A stretch of DNA of 64,000 nucleotides from Candidatus Saccharimonadota bacterium (GTDB lineage Bacteria > Patescibacteriota > Saccharimonadia > Saccharimonadales > Saccharimonadaceae). The stretch's first letter is position 1; each line of letters starts with the position of its first letter. Shown here piece by piece: positions 37,171 to 46,737 of this stretch. The notes under the pieces are model-generated. The model was not told the DNA's origin, searched no databases, and saw nothing but the letters and a program-made list of their open reading frames with translations. The stretch covers positions 367 through 64,366 of the forward strand of contig JAFWLE010000007.1 in assembly GCA_017511205.1 (NCBI GenBank). The letters are read 5' to 3'. Position numbers and translations under genes: made by a program.

Positions 37171-37812
37171 ATGATATTTAGCTTAGAAAAAGCCAATTTC
37201 TGTGCTAGACAATCATGTCCTAAATGGAATAAAAGGGGCAAATTTAGTCGCGAGTTCTATAGGAAACGTTATAGAGAAATGGCAATTGAACATTGCAAAT
37301 CTAAAACAGCTCAGCAACTAATCGAAAAATATAAAAATCTTCACGATGGTTGCGCATTAGTGCCAGAAGACTTCGTCTGGAAACTAATCGATACCTATCC
37401 TTTGCCATACAGCCACCCAGATTTTGCCAATTGGGAGGAAGATAATAGTAAAGAAGACTATTCACTCGTGCCCGACCAGAGCAATTGTGTGGTTAAACAC
37501 GACACCAGCTATGTAGCCTACAAAATTTATGAAGCTACCGGCTCCTGGCCCCAGAAAAAAACAAAGGAAGAGATCGATGCAAAAAACTGGGGTCAGTTCC
37601 TAAAAGAAGCTGGATATGAAACGATCGTCGAAAAACCAATCAAAAACGGCTATTTCGTTGGTATCAACCCAGATAAAGGAGAGCATGGCATTGTGGTCTG
37701 GTATGAAGGTACTTTAATCGACGGCAGTGTCATTACTACCACATATAAGAATAAAACCTATACCATCAATAAAGAAAACCCATCAGATTTCATCTGGATC
37801 AAAATCAAATAG
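37171..37812 (+). CDS. Hypothetical protein with a CHAP-like (Cys/His amidohydrolase) C-terminal half and no signal peptide
   Basis: Candidate catalytic residues are Cys in QSNCVVKHDTSYVAYKIYE and His in KGEHGIVVWYEGTLIDGSVITTTY. Their spacing and context parallel the clear CHAP domain at 40309-41475 (CQCTDYASY ... YGHVAWVESVNSNGSINVTEYN). Confidence 0.5.
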   Translation: MIFSLEKANFCARQSCPKWNKRGKFSREFYRKRYREMAIEHCKSKTAQQLIEKYKNLHDGCALVPEDFVWKLIDTYPLPYSHPDFANWEEDNSKEDYSLVPDQSNCVVKHDTSYVAYKIYEATGSWPQKKTKEEIDAKNWGQFLKEAGYETIVEKPIKNGYFVGINPDKGEHGIVVWYEGTLIDGSVITTTYKNKTYTINKENPSDFIWIKIK

Positions 37813-37819
37813 CGCCTAG

Positions 37820-37844
37820 GCCCGAGTTTAACTCGGGCTTTTTT
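37820..37844 (+). terminator. Intrinsic terminator whose loop is the stop codon of the convergent glycosyltransferase gene
   Basis: The hairpin is GCCCGAGT-tta-ACTCGGGC followed by TTTTTT. Confidence 0.75.
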
Positions 37845-39072
37845 CAATTACTTTTTTATAAATATTAGTAAACTTATCCAGTGTCCCTTCAAAATCATGT
37901 TCCTGGGCAATCTCTAGGGACTTCTTCGAAAAAGTAATCCGAAGTTTTTCGTCCTTCAATATTTTCACTATCGCTTTAGCAATTTCTGAAACTGAACCAG
38001 GCTCACAGAGGTAACCATTCTTACCGTTTTGGCATACTTCCGCTACTGCCCCTTTATCCACCGCAATCAGAGGTAAACCACAAGCTGCTGCCTCAATTAA
38101 TACAATTCCCTGCGTCTCAATTTCCGAAGCCGTAGCAAAAACGTCACCAAATTTATAAACCTCATATAGTTCTGGTGGCGTAATTCGTCCCAAAAAGTGA
38201 ATATTAGAATGTCCCTCCGCCATTTTCATTAGATGAACTTTATCTACTCCATCGCCCACAATCACCAATTGTATTTTATCTAACTCCTTCTCTGCCCGCA
38301 AAAACGCTTCAACTACCATACCAACCTTCTTTTCTGGATCTAATCTACCTAGATATAGCACGGTTTTCAAGTCTTTATCAAGCCCATACTTCTCATAAAG
38401 GCTTGGCGTAACTTTTCCAGGTTTAAAATCAGATAAATCCACTCCATTTGATACCGCCGCCACCGGCACCGGAAATTCAGTACCATCCTTGATCAAATTC
38501 CGAATCGCCATTTCCGTCGGCATCGTCACAAAATCACTTTTACTCTGTCGATTCCGAAAATACGCCGAAAGCAACGCATTAGTCGGCTTTCTCACAATCC
38601 CCGGCATATGAAGCGGCTCCGTCAAAACCTCTGGCTGATTATGTTCCGTCGTCACCACTGGAATCCCTCTTTTCCGCGCGTAGGAAACTACCGAAAGCCC
38701 GATCGGGTCCGATATCTGCACATGCACTACGTCTGGCTTAAATTCATCTAACACCTTTTTAATTTCTGGATACGGAAAAACCGATACCCTAAAGCCATTC
38801 TTATAAAAAAGCCGAGGCAACTTCACGCCAAACACTTTACGTTTCTCCGGTACATCATGAATCTGATCTGGATAAACTTTAGCCTCTATCGATTTTAAAT
38901 AAACTGTTTTTACGCCGTCTACCATTCGCGTATACGATTTACCAGTCTGAGACGGACAAATCACCATCACCTCATTTCCGCGTTTTGCTAGCCCTACCGC
39001 CAAATTATGTGAAAACACCGCCACACCGTTAATTTGTGGATAGTACACTGCTGTTGCTATTGCGATTTTCAT
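37828..39072 (-). CDS. GT4-family (GT-B fold) glycosyltransferase
   Basis: 414 aa. The N-terminus is KIAIATAVYYPQINGVAVF. The E-x7-E region is EIETQGIVLIEAAACGLPLIA. Confidence 0.85.
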   Translation of the reverse strand: MKIAIATAVYYPQINGVAVFSHNLAVGLAKRGNEVMVICPSQTGKSYTRMVDGVKTVYLKSIEAKVYPDQIHDVPEKRKVFGVKLPRLFYKNGFRVSVFPYPEIKKVLDEFKPDVVHVQISDPIGLSVVSYARKRGIPVVTTEHNQPEVLTEPLHMPGIVRKPTNALLSAYFRNRQSKSDFVTMPTEMAIRNLIKDGTEFPVPVAAVSNGVDLSDFKPGKVTPSLYEKYGLDKDLKTVLYLGRLDPEKKVGMVVEAFLRAEKELDKIQLVIVGDGVDKVHLMKMAEGHSNIHFLGRITPPELYEVYKFGDVFATASEIETQGIVLIEAAACGLPLIAVDKGAVAEVCQNGKNGYLCEPGSVSEIAKAIVKILKDEKLRITFSKKSLEIAQEHDFEGTLDKFTNIYKKVIEKSPS

Positions 39073-40265
39073 AGTTTTTTCGCTTTATCAAGTTGCGGAT
39101 CACGCATCGCATTCACATCTTCAAAACTACGTTCTACTTTTACATCCGGTTCGATACCAGTACCATTAATTGAGCGTTCTTTTGGTGTATACCACGAAGC
39201 CGTCGTCACCTTGAGTTTCGCTCCATCATCCAGATTATACAAATTTTGCACCACGCCTTTACCATAGGTTGTCTCACCGACAATCTTCGCCTTTTCGTAA
39301 TCCTGCAAGGCCCCCGCTACAATCTCCGAAGCCGAAGCAGTCGCGCCATTCACTAATACCACTGTCTTCATATCTTTCAACGCTGCTTTACCTGATTTCG
39401 AAGACATTTTACTATCACCAAAATGCAATGATTTCTGTAGTAGTATTTCTTCTCCGTCTAGCCAAAGACTTAGTATATCTTGTGCCGCCGAAACATAACC
39501 ACCACCATTTCCTCTAAGATCCAGAATTACCTTATTAATATGTTTATCCTTAAATTCATTGACAAACCCTTCAACTATACCGCCCGTATCTTCATCAAAA
39601 CGCGTTACCGTTATAATCGCCGTTTTGCCATCATATTCTACATAAGCCGAAACGTTATTAATGGTCTCTCGTTTCATTTTGAAAGTTTTTTCCTTGCCAT
39701 CACGCACCACCGTCACTTCAACTTCCGTGCCCGCTTCACCACGTACTTTTTGCGAAATTTCATCAGTCGAAAGATTATAAACTGCCTCACCATTTACCTT
39801 ATAGAGAATATCACCAGCTAAAATCCCAGCTTTCCTTGCTGGATTATCTGGCAAAGTCCGCAGTACTCTCACGTAACCATCCCTCAAGCCCATTTCTACA
39901 CCAATTCCTGCCCCCACAATACCATGTAAATCATCGTCAAATTTTGCCGCTTCTTCCGCATCCATATATACCGTATAAACATCACCTAAAGAATCAGTTA
40001 AACCTTTTTTAGCTCCTTCAATCGCATCTTCTTTAGAGATTTTTCCGTTATATGTCGTAGCTAGCTTATCATACACAACATCTAACTCTGACCAATCCGG
40101 TCGATCAGTAGATTCAAATCCTAAATACGGTAAGAAACTATCAAACAAACCCTTAAAGTTCAGACCAATAATCAGAAAAGCTAAAGATAAAAAGACACAA
40201 ACAATAACAGCGTTACCAAGACTAACCTTTCTTTCCTTCCATTCCATAGGTTTTTCTTTGTCCAT
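39069..40265 (-). CDS. S41-family carboxy-terminal processing protease with a PDZ domain
   Basis: The motifs are LDLRGNGGGYV, NGATASASEIVAGALQD and ETTYGKG. The PDZ region is PARKAGILAGDILYKVNG. Confidence 0.9.
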   Translation of the reverse strand: MDKEKPMEWKERKVSLGNAVIVCVFLSLAFLIIGLNFKGLFDSFLPYLGFESTDRPDWSELDVVYDKLATTYNGKISKEDAIEGAKKGLTDSLGDVYTVYMDAEEAAKFDDDLHGIVGAGIGVEMGLRDGYVRVLRTLPDNPARKAGILAGDILYKVNGEAVYNLSTDEISQKVRGEAGTEVEVTVVRDGKEKTFKMKRETINNVSAYVEYDGKTAIITVTRFDEDTGGIVEGFVNEFKDKHINKVILDLRGNGGGYVSAAQDILSLWLDGEEILLQKSLHFGDSKMSSKSGKAALKDMKTVVLVNGATASASEIVAGALQDYEKAKIVGETTYGKGVVQNLYNLDDGAKLKVTTASWYTPKERSINGTGIEPDVKVERSFEDVNAMRDPQLDKAKKL

Positions 40266-40308
40266 ATAATTATTCTATCACAAAATTAAATTCCATTTAG
40301 GATAAACT

Positions 40309-41475
40309 TTATTCAAAATGCAAAAACCTTACGCCAGCCGAGCCTACGCCATTACGTGAACAAAAATCCTTCGTATAACAGCCAATTGAAGGCCAATTCA
40401 CGTTGTACTCAGTAACGTTAATCGAACCATTCGAATTCACACTTTCTACCCAGGCCACATGCCCATAAGGCGATTGAGCCGTAGCTGGCCAAATCGCAAT
40501 TGTTTTCGGCGCCGGGCTATAATCAACATATGTGGTTGCACCATTTTTTGGCACTTTCTTACCAGCCCCATTGCCATAAGCATAAGCATGACCGCCCCAA
40601 GTATTAGTGACGCCCCATTCAGCTTTTGCTTTATAGCTCGCGTAATCAGTACACTGACAAATCAAACCACCATAGGGATACTTTATATTACTCCCCACAT
40701 AAGCATAATCCGAATTGCAAACATTCTGATACGGATAAGAATTACCCACCCCCTGCCATCTGCTACCATAGCCAGAAGTATTTGAAGGTGGCGTCCAAGC
40801 CATTGCCTGCACTTGCTTTTCCCAATATGCCGCTATCGCTTCCGCATCATCCGCATTCTTTTCATAAGTTGCCTTCAATTCCTTCTGATCAGCTTTTTTG
40901 CTAGCCAAAACCTCACGACTGCTCTCGTTCTCTCTTAAAGTCGCTTCCACTTCTGCCTTTTCCTTATCCAACTCGGCTTTTGCAGCTTTTACTCGATCGC
41001 TAGCTGCCGCAATCTCTTGTTTTACAACTTCTTCACGCGCCGCTTTTTCAGCTAAATCCGAAATCGAAGTTGCACCCGCCAATATCCGAATTGGCTCCGC
41101 ATCGGATTCGAAATGCATTTTTACTAATAGTTCCGCAAGAGCTGATTGCTCTTCTCCCAGTTTTTCCTCTGCCTCCGCAATCTTACGATTTAAAGTCTTG
41201 ATCCTAACCTCATTGCTTGCAATAGTTTTCGTAATATCGCTAATCTCCGTATTTAACTGTTGAATTATCTCACCAATCGAATCCGCTTTATCAGCGTAAT
41301 TCTTCGCCGCTTTTTGGTTATCCTGCATTTTCTTTTTCGCCTCTTCGCATTCAGTATCGCCAGATTTACAAATGTAAGCTTCTGCAGTCGAATTAATCAT
41401 CAGGCCAAAAAGACCAATTGCCACCACTAGAATTAAAGCCCATATTTTTATTTGTTTATGTTTATATATAACCAT
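40309..41475 (-). CDS. PcsB-like secreted peptidoglycan hydrolase (coiled coil plus C-terminal CHAP domain)
   Basis: It has a signal or TM segment, a long heptad-rich region, and a CHAP domain (CQCTDYASYKAKAEWG ... YGHVAWVESV). It lies directly downstream of ftsEX. Confidence 0.85.
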   Translation of the reverse strand: MVIYKHKQIKIWALILVVAIGLFGLMINSTAEAYICKSGDTECEEAKKKMQDNQKAAKNYADKADSIGEIIQQLNTEISDITKTIASNEVRIKTLNRKIAEAEEKLGEEQSALAELLVKMHFESDAEPIRILAGATSISDLAEKAAREEVVKQEIAAASDRVKAAKAELDKEKAEVEATLRENESSREVLASKKADQKELKATYEKNADDAEAIAAYWEKQVQAMAWTPPSNTSGYGSRWQGVGNSYPYQNVCNSDYAYVGSNIKYPYGGLICQCTDYASYKAKAEWGVTNTWGGHAYAYGNGAGKKVPKNGATTYVDYSPAPKTIAIWPATAQSPYGHVAWVESVNSNGSINVTEYNVNWPSIGCYTKDFCSRNGVGSAGVRFLHFE

Positions 41476-41496
41476 AAGCCTATTATATCACATTTG

Positions 41497-42531
41497 CTAG
41501 GCTTTATGCAAGTATCTTGACACCGCCAGTCGTGCTGAAATCTTCCCAATTATTGCTCCTACTACTACGAAAGCGAGATACACTAAAAGTAACTTATTTG
41601 ATTCGAGTACTTCAGTGATTAAATCCACGTTAATGCCATAATTCACGAGCTTTGGCGCCAAAAACTTAAATCCGAAATACGAAGCAGTCGCCGCAATTAG
41701 TCCCGCAATAATCCCACAAATTTCCGCTTCAATTAAAAACGGCCCACGAATGAAATTTTTATCCGCACCGACTAATTTCATCATATATATTTCCTCCCGA
41801 CGTGAGAAAATCGCCATACGAATCGTTGAGAAAATAATTAAAATCGAAATTACTAGAAACACCGCCGCTAGAATCATCCCGCCAGTCCGTGCAATCCTCG
41901 CCCAAGAAGTAATCGTCGCAATTTCCGCTCGGTTTACATCATAAGTCGGCACCATTTCTTTATCAGTATATTTTCTGAAGACTTCTCCCTCCTCCACAAT
42001 CTTCTTGATACTATCAAGATTATCTACATCATAAACCTTAATTCGCATCGTCGCTTGCATTTTATTGATCATCATTTTCTTCATATCATCATCTAGAATG
42101 TTCAAAATATCATCGCTACCCTGATTTTCCGCTATAAATTTCTCATATTCTTCTTCCGAAGTCGAAGTTTCCACGTGTTTCACATTATTGTCTTGCGAAA
42201 TTACCGTCGTCAACGTGTTTAATTCCTCAGCTGTCGTGTTAGGTTTAAAATAAATCGTAATATCAATCTTGTCTTTCATCATATCGGCTGTGCTAGTCAA
42301 AATTACACTCGCCACGATAGTCACAAATAGAATAATTAAGGTAATCGCCATCACCGCAGTTGCTGCACTAGACAGCCAAATATTCCGAGTAAACCCTCTA
42401 GTACCATATTTCAAAATCCGTGTCTTTTCCCGAATTATATGACGCTTCCGAGTCTTTTGCATCATATGCAAATTCTTCTTCGAAGCTTTTTTTAACTTCT
42501 TCTCATTTTCGGCTTTTGAATCACTCGTCAT
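41497..42531 (-). CDS. ftsX: Cell-division ABC transporter permease FtsX
   Basis: It has four TM helices and a large first extracytoplasmic loop. It overlaps ftsE by 4 nt. Confidence 0.88.
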   Translation of the reverse strand: MTSDSKAENEKKLKKASKKNLHMMQKTRKRHIIREKTRILKYGTRGFTRNIWLSSAATAVMAITLIILFVTIVASVILTSTADMMKDKIDITIYFKPNTTAEELNTLTTVISQDNNVKHVETSTSEEEYEKFIAENQGSDDILNILDDDMKKMMINKMQATMRIKVYDVDNLDSIKKIVEEGEVFRKYTDKEMVPTYDVNRAEIATITSWARIARTGGMILAAVFLVISILIIFSTIRMAIFSRREEIYMMKLVGADKNFIRGPFLIEAEICGIIAGLIAATASYFGFKFLAPKLVNYGINVDLITEVLESNKLLLVYLAFVVVGAIIGKISARLAVSRYLHKA

Positions 42532-43295
42532 TGTATCACCTTTCTTGGCCTCAAAGCATGGCCAGGTGTTTGCACTTTGCGTACCGGCGTCTTTGGCGCT
42601 GGTGTCTCATCCAGTTTATAGATGCCATTTGCTTTTTGATCGTTCACAATTTTACCATTCTTCAAAGTAATCACCCGCTTTTGTAAATTGTTTACAATCC
42701 CTTCATTATGCGTAGTCACCAAAATCGTCGTGCCAAAATCATTAATTTTCTTCAATAAGCCAATAATTTCTTGCGTAGTTAATTTATCCAAGTTCGCTGT
42801 CGGCTCATCCGCAATTAGGATCTTTGGCTGCCTCGCCACACTTCGCGCAATCGAAACGCGCTGCTGCTGACCGCCAGACAATTGATCCGGAAACTTCTTC
42901 GCTTGATCGAGCAAATCAACTAATTCCAAAACCTTCGGTACCGTCCGCCGAATTTCTTTGCCACTCATCCCAGCAATCTCTAACGCAAACGCCACATTTT
43001 CATACACCGTGCGACGTGGCAAAAGCTTAAAATCCTGAAATACCACACCAAGTCGTCGTCGATATCCAGGAATATGACGTTTCTTCACATAATCTAGATC
43101 AATCCCACCAATAATAATCTTACCCGAATCTGGAGATTCCTCTTTCGTAATCATCTTCATGAGAGTCGACTTACCTGCGCCAGACTTTCCCACCAAAAAA
43201 GCAAATTCATTTGGCTCAATATGAAGCGAGACATGATCAAGCGCCGGTTCTGAATCACCCGGATATGTCTTTGTCACAGAATCGAGAAGAATCAT
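42528..43295 (-). CDS. ftsE: Cell-division ATP-binding protein FtsE
   Basis: It has Walker A GKSGAGKST, the signature LSGGQQQRV and Walker B ILIADEPT. Confidence 0.92.
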   Translation of the reverse strand: MILLDSVTKTYPGDSEPALDHVSLHIEPNEFAFLVGKSGAGKSTLMKMITKEESPDSGKIIIGGIDLDYVKKRHIPGYRRRLGVVFQDFKLLPRRTVYENVAFALEIAGMSGKEIRRTVPKVLELVDLLDQAKKFPDQLSGGQQQRVSIARSVARQPKILIADEPTANLDKLTTQEIIGLLKKINDFGTTILVTTHNEGIVNNLQKRVITLKNGKIVNDQKANGIYKLDETPAPKTPVRKVQTPGHALRPRKVIQ

Positions 43296-43302
43296 AATAC
43301 TA

Positions 43303-45702
43303 TTATAGCATAAGTTCTATATGAAATGTAATATTTCGTGTTTTTTGGCCCTTGGCCTGATAAATTGTACCCGGCAGAATCTTTGCGTTCGCATATTTTG
43401 CTTGCACTTCCCTCAAAGCTTCCGCATAAGTTTTGTCCGTAGTCACTGTCAAATCTTCAGTCTTCTTTTGGCCAAATCGAATCACTTTTTTAGACGAAGC
43501 TTTTTCAAGAAGTTTTGGCAAATCAATCTCAAACCCAGCGAGGTATGGTGCCAACTTGAAATTATTTCTCACTGAATTCTTAAACTCGCCTACTACACCT
43601 AGATACTCGCCATCAACCCAAATTTCTGCTGTTCTCTTCGGCTCAAACGGCAAAGTCTCAGGCAGCTTTTGCTTCAAAGGTAAGAATTCAGCTTCGATAT
43701 TTAATTCCTCAAATAGTTTTGCTACGTATTTCTTTGCTAGATAGTAAGCCGTCTGAGTATTCTTTCTTTCAGCCACCAAGAACCCAAGTGAAATCTTTTC
43801 TGTTGGCACATTCTCAGCATCTAATCCCAAATCTTTCCGGTACACCTTATTCATTTCAAAAATGGCAAACTTTTTAACCGGCAATTTCTCATTTAGATAA
43901 GCCTTATCTAGTAAACTCGGCACGATTGATTGTCGTACGAATTGCAAATCCGGCGAAATTGAATTCACAATCCTATACGAATTCTTTGTATCAAGTCCCG
44001 CCTTTTCGAGTAATTTCCCGTTTATAAAACTATAAGTAAGAACTTCATTCGCACCATACTTACTAAGAGAATCACGCAAGCAACGCTTCAAATCAAACAG
44101 CGTATTCCTCCCTGCTGTTCCATGTAACGGCAAAACCGCCTGAATATTGTCAAATCCGAGTAAACGACCAATCTCCTCAATAATATCTTCCTTAATATGA
44201 ATGTCAGTCCGCCATTCCGGCGCCGTGATCGTCAAACCATCACCCTCACGCACCACTATAAACTCCACGTTCTTCAAAGTCTTCACAATCAGCTCTGTCG
44301 AATAGTCAGTTCCTAGTAAATCGTTAATTTCTTTTGTTGTAATTTTTACAACATTCTTTGGCTGCTTTTTGGGACATTCATCTGCTACCGCACTTATCTC
44401 GAAACCTTCTTTTAGCATATCGGCACATTCAAAAGCTACCGGCAAAGTCTGAAAAGCTGGCTGCCCTTTAGTAAATCGTGTAATCGCTTCTGAGAAAATC
44501 CCGTGTGCCATTTGAGTTTTACGCAAATTATACAGGCTAAATGTAGCCGATTCGATCAAAATATTCCTCGTGTTTTCGTCAATCATTGTCGACTTACCAC
44601 CCATTGCACCAGCTAACGCAACTGGCTTATCATTTGAAGTAATCACGATATCACTTTCGTTCAATTCAACCTCTTCATCATCCAAAAGAACTAGTTTTTC
44701 ACCTTTTTTCGCTAATCTCACAATCACCTTGGGTTTATCAGCTCCACCAACCTTAACAAACTTATCATAATCAAACGCATGCAAAGGTTGCCCAGTGAGA
44801 AGCATCAAGAAGTTCGTCGCATCCACGATCGGATCAATCGGCCGCATACCAGACTTAGCCAAAATCGTATCCTGCCAACTCAAATACTTTTTCTTAATCT
44901 CACCATGTTTTTCTAACACCACCGCCGAATACCTCGGACAAATGTTCTCGTCAGCAATTAGAATAGTTGGCAGCAATTCGGAACACGCTTTTTGGGGATC
45001 TCCGGAGGTTACGACCGAGGTAGAAGGAGCGTCGCCCCCGTGACGACGGGCGGCGACGACTCCGTGCCCCAAAAAGTCGTGTTCGAATTGCTGCCCTAAT
45101 ATTCCACTCACTTCTCTGGAGAATCCAATCATCCCAAACGTATCCGGCCGATGCGTTAAAGACTTATTTTCGATGTCTAAAATCAAATCGTTCAAATCAA
45201 ACACTTCCGCAAGCGTATCACCTGGTTTCGCCATCTCCGGATCTATTTCCACAATCCCTTCATGGTCATCACCAAGATCCAACTCGTCCATCGCTGATAG
45301 CATCCCATTCGATTCAAACTTACCCAACATTTTCCGCTTGCCAATCACAAAAGGCGCTGCCTCATGTACTGAAGCCGGCACAATTGCTCCTGGCGCAATC
45401 CAAGCTGCTAGCATTCCCTCGTGAACATTTGGTGCACCACAAACTACTTGCACTAGTCCATTCGCATTTTTCTCGACTTTATTAATTTCTCTGTCACCTA
45501 CATTTATTTGGCAAAGTGTTAAATGTGTTTCGGGAATTTTTTCCGCTTTTTCCACCCGCACTACGAAAATATTATCATACTTGTGCGTCTCATCAATTAC
45601 TTCCTCTACTTCCACTAGTCTCGCACCAATCAAACGTACCAATTCTTCATCCGAAATCGGGATATCAACGTATTTTTTCAACCAATTTAAAGATATTCTC
45701 AT
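43303..45702 (-). CDS. pheT: Phenylalanyl-tRNA synthetase beta subunit
   Basis: 799 aa. It has an N-terminal tRNA-binding domain, B3/B4 and B5 regions. It overlaps pheS by 4 nt. Confidence 0.93.
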   Translation of the reverse strand: MRISLNWLKKYVDIPISDEELVRLIGARLVEVEEVIDETHKYDNIFVVRVEKAEKIPETHLTLCQINVGDREINKVEKNANGLVQVVCGAPNVHEGMLAAWIAPGAIVPASVHEAAPFVIGKRKMLGKFESNGMLSAMDELDLGDDHEGIVEIDPEMAKPGDTLAEVFDLNDLILDIENKSLTHRPDTFGMIGFSREVSGILGQQFEHDFLGHGVVAARRHGGDAPSTSVVTSGDPQKACSELLPTILIADENICPRYSAVVLEKHGEIKKKYLSWQDTILAKSGMRPIDPIVDATNFLMLLTGQPLHAFDYDKFVKVGGADKPKVIVRLAKKGEKLVLLDDEEVELNESDIVITSNDKPVALAGAMGGKSTMIDENTRNILIESATFSLYNLRKTQMAHGIFSEAITRFTKGQPAFQTLPVAFECADMLKEGFEISAVADECPKKQPKNVVKITTKEINDLLGTDYSTELIVKTLKNVEFIVVREGDGLTITAPEWRTDIHIKEDIIEEIGRLLGFDNIQAVLPLHGTAGRNTLFDLKRCLRDSLSKYGANEVLTYSFINGKLLEKAGLDTKNSYRIVNSISPDLQFVRQSIVPSLLDKAYLNEKLPVKKFAIFEMNKVYRKDLGLDAENVPTEKISLGFLVAERKNTQTAYYLAKKYVAKLFEELNIEAEFLPLKQKLPETLPFEPKRTAEIWVDGEYLGVVGEFKNSVRNNFKLAPYLAGFEIDLPKLLEKASSKKVIRFGQKKTEDLTVTTDKTYAEALREVQAKYANAKILPGTIYQAKGQKTRNITFHIELML
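44989..45075. repeat. 87-nt GC-rich palindromic element embedded in frame (29 codons) in pheT
   Basis: The flanking 9-bp inverted repeat is TTTTTGGGG (44989-44997) / CCCCAAAAA (45067-45075). The internal hairpin is GGAGCGTCGCCCCCGT-gacg-ACGGGCGGCGACGACTCC (45026-45063). Local GC is clearly above that of the surrounding gene. Confidence 0.6.
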
Positions 45703-46661
45703 GGCTCAAACTCCCTCAAAAAGTTTAGATTACCCGCTTCGAAATTTCTCACGTCCGATAGTCCATATTTCAACATTACCAACCGATCAATTCCGCCGCC
45801 CCAAGCAAAACCATGATAAACTGTCGGATCAATCCCCGCCATTTTCAGGACATTCGGATGGATCATCCCACAGCCCAGCATTTCCAACCAATCACCTTTT
45901 TTGCCACCAATATTTTTCGGTTTTTCAATCAAAAGCTCTAGTGATGGCTCCGTAAATGGGAAATACCCTGGCTGGGTCCGAATATTCAACTTTTGTTCAT
46001 AATATTTCTCAAAGAAATCTTTCAAAATACCCAACATCTGCCCCATCGTACAAGTCTTAGAAACATACACCCCCTCGCATTGATAAAAAGTATGTTCATG
46101 CGTCGCATCCACGTCCTCATTACGATAAACTCGGCCTGGCACCGCCACAGCGATCGCCTTACCCTCATCTAGATACGGCTTATATTTTTTCAGAACTCGA
46201 TGTTGCATCGTCGAAGTATGAGCTGGTGGGATTAAATTCTCTTCCGTGCGGAAGGTATCATAACCATCCCGTGCTGGATGTTCTTTCGGGAAATTCAAGC
46301 TATCAAACATATGGAATTCATCGTCTAATTGCCGCGACTCCATGATATCAAAACCCATCATTTGATAAATTTCCGCCACTCGGTCTAATTCTGTCATCAA
46401 AGGGTGTTTCGACCCCAGTTCAGTAGGATAAAACTCTGGCAAAGGCTCATTCACTCCTGACCAGGCCGTAATATCAATTGGCTCAACTTCCTGGTCAGCT
46501 AATGCTTTTTCAACTTCAGCAATCTTCTGTAAAATTTCAGTCTTTTTGGCATTAATTTCTCTGCCAAAATCCGCCCGTTTTTCTGGCGGCAAATCTCGCA
46601 CTTTGGCAGCTTCAGTATTAACTTTTTTTAGCTCATTTTTTAGCTTTTCTAGCTCTTCCAT
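45699..46661 (-). CDS. pheS: Phenylalanyl-tRNA synthetase alpha subunit
   Basis: 320 aa. Class II motifs are present (HPARDGYDTF, GRVYRNEDVDATHEHTFYQCEG and GFAWGGGIDRLVML). Confidence 0.95.
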   Translation of the reverse strand: MEELEKLKNELKKVNTEAAKVRDLPPEKRADFGREINAKKTEILQKIAEVEKALADQEVEPIDITAWSGVNEPLPEFYPTELGSKHPLMTELDRVAEIYQMMGFDIMESRQLDDEFHMFDSLNFPKEHPARDGYDTFRTEENLIPPAHTSTMQHRVLKKYKPYLDEGKAIAVAVPGRVYRNEDVDATHEHTFYQCEGVYVSKTCTMGQMLGILKDFFEKYYEQKLNIRTQPGYFPFTEPSLELLIEKPKNIGGKKGDWLEMLGCGMIHPNVLKMAGIDPTVYHGFAWGGGIDRLVMLKYGLSDVRNFEAGNLNFLREFEP

Positions 46662-46684
46662 ATCTATTCACATTATACTCCATA

Positions 46685-46713
46685 TTGACAAAAAATCAAA
46701 ATTATGATATAAT
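46685..46713 (+). promoter_or_regulatory. Orphan perfect consensus promoter (TTGACA-17-TGaTATAAT) with no plus-strand ORF downstream
   Basis: TTGACA is at 46685-46690, TG at 46705-46706 and TATAAT at 46708-46713. It points into the 3' end of the minus-strand 868-aa gene. Confidence 0.4.
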
Positions 46714-46737
46714 AGAATTATCAATTTCCCGCAAATC

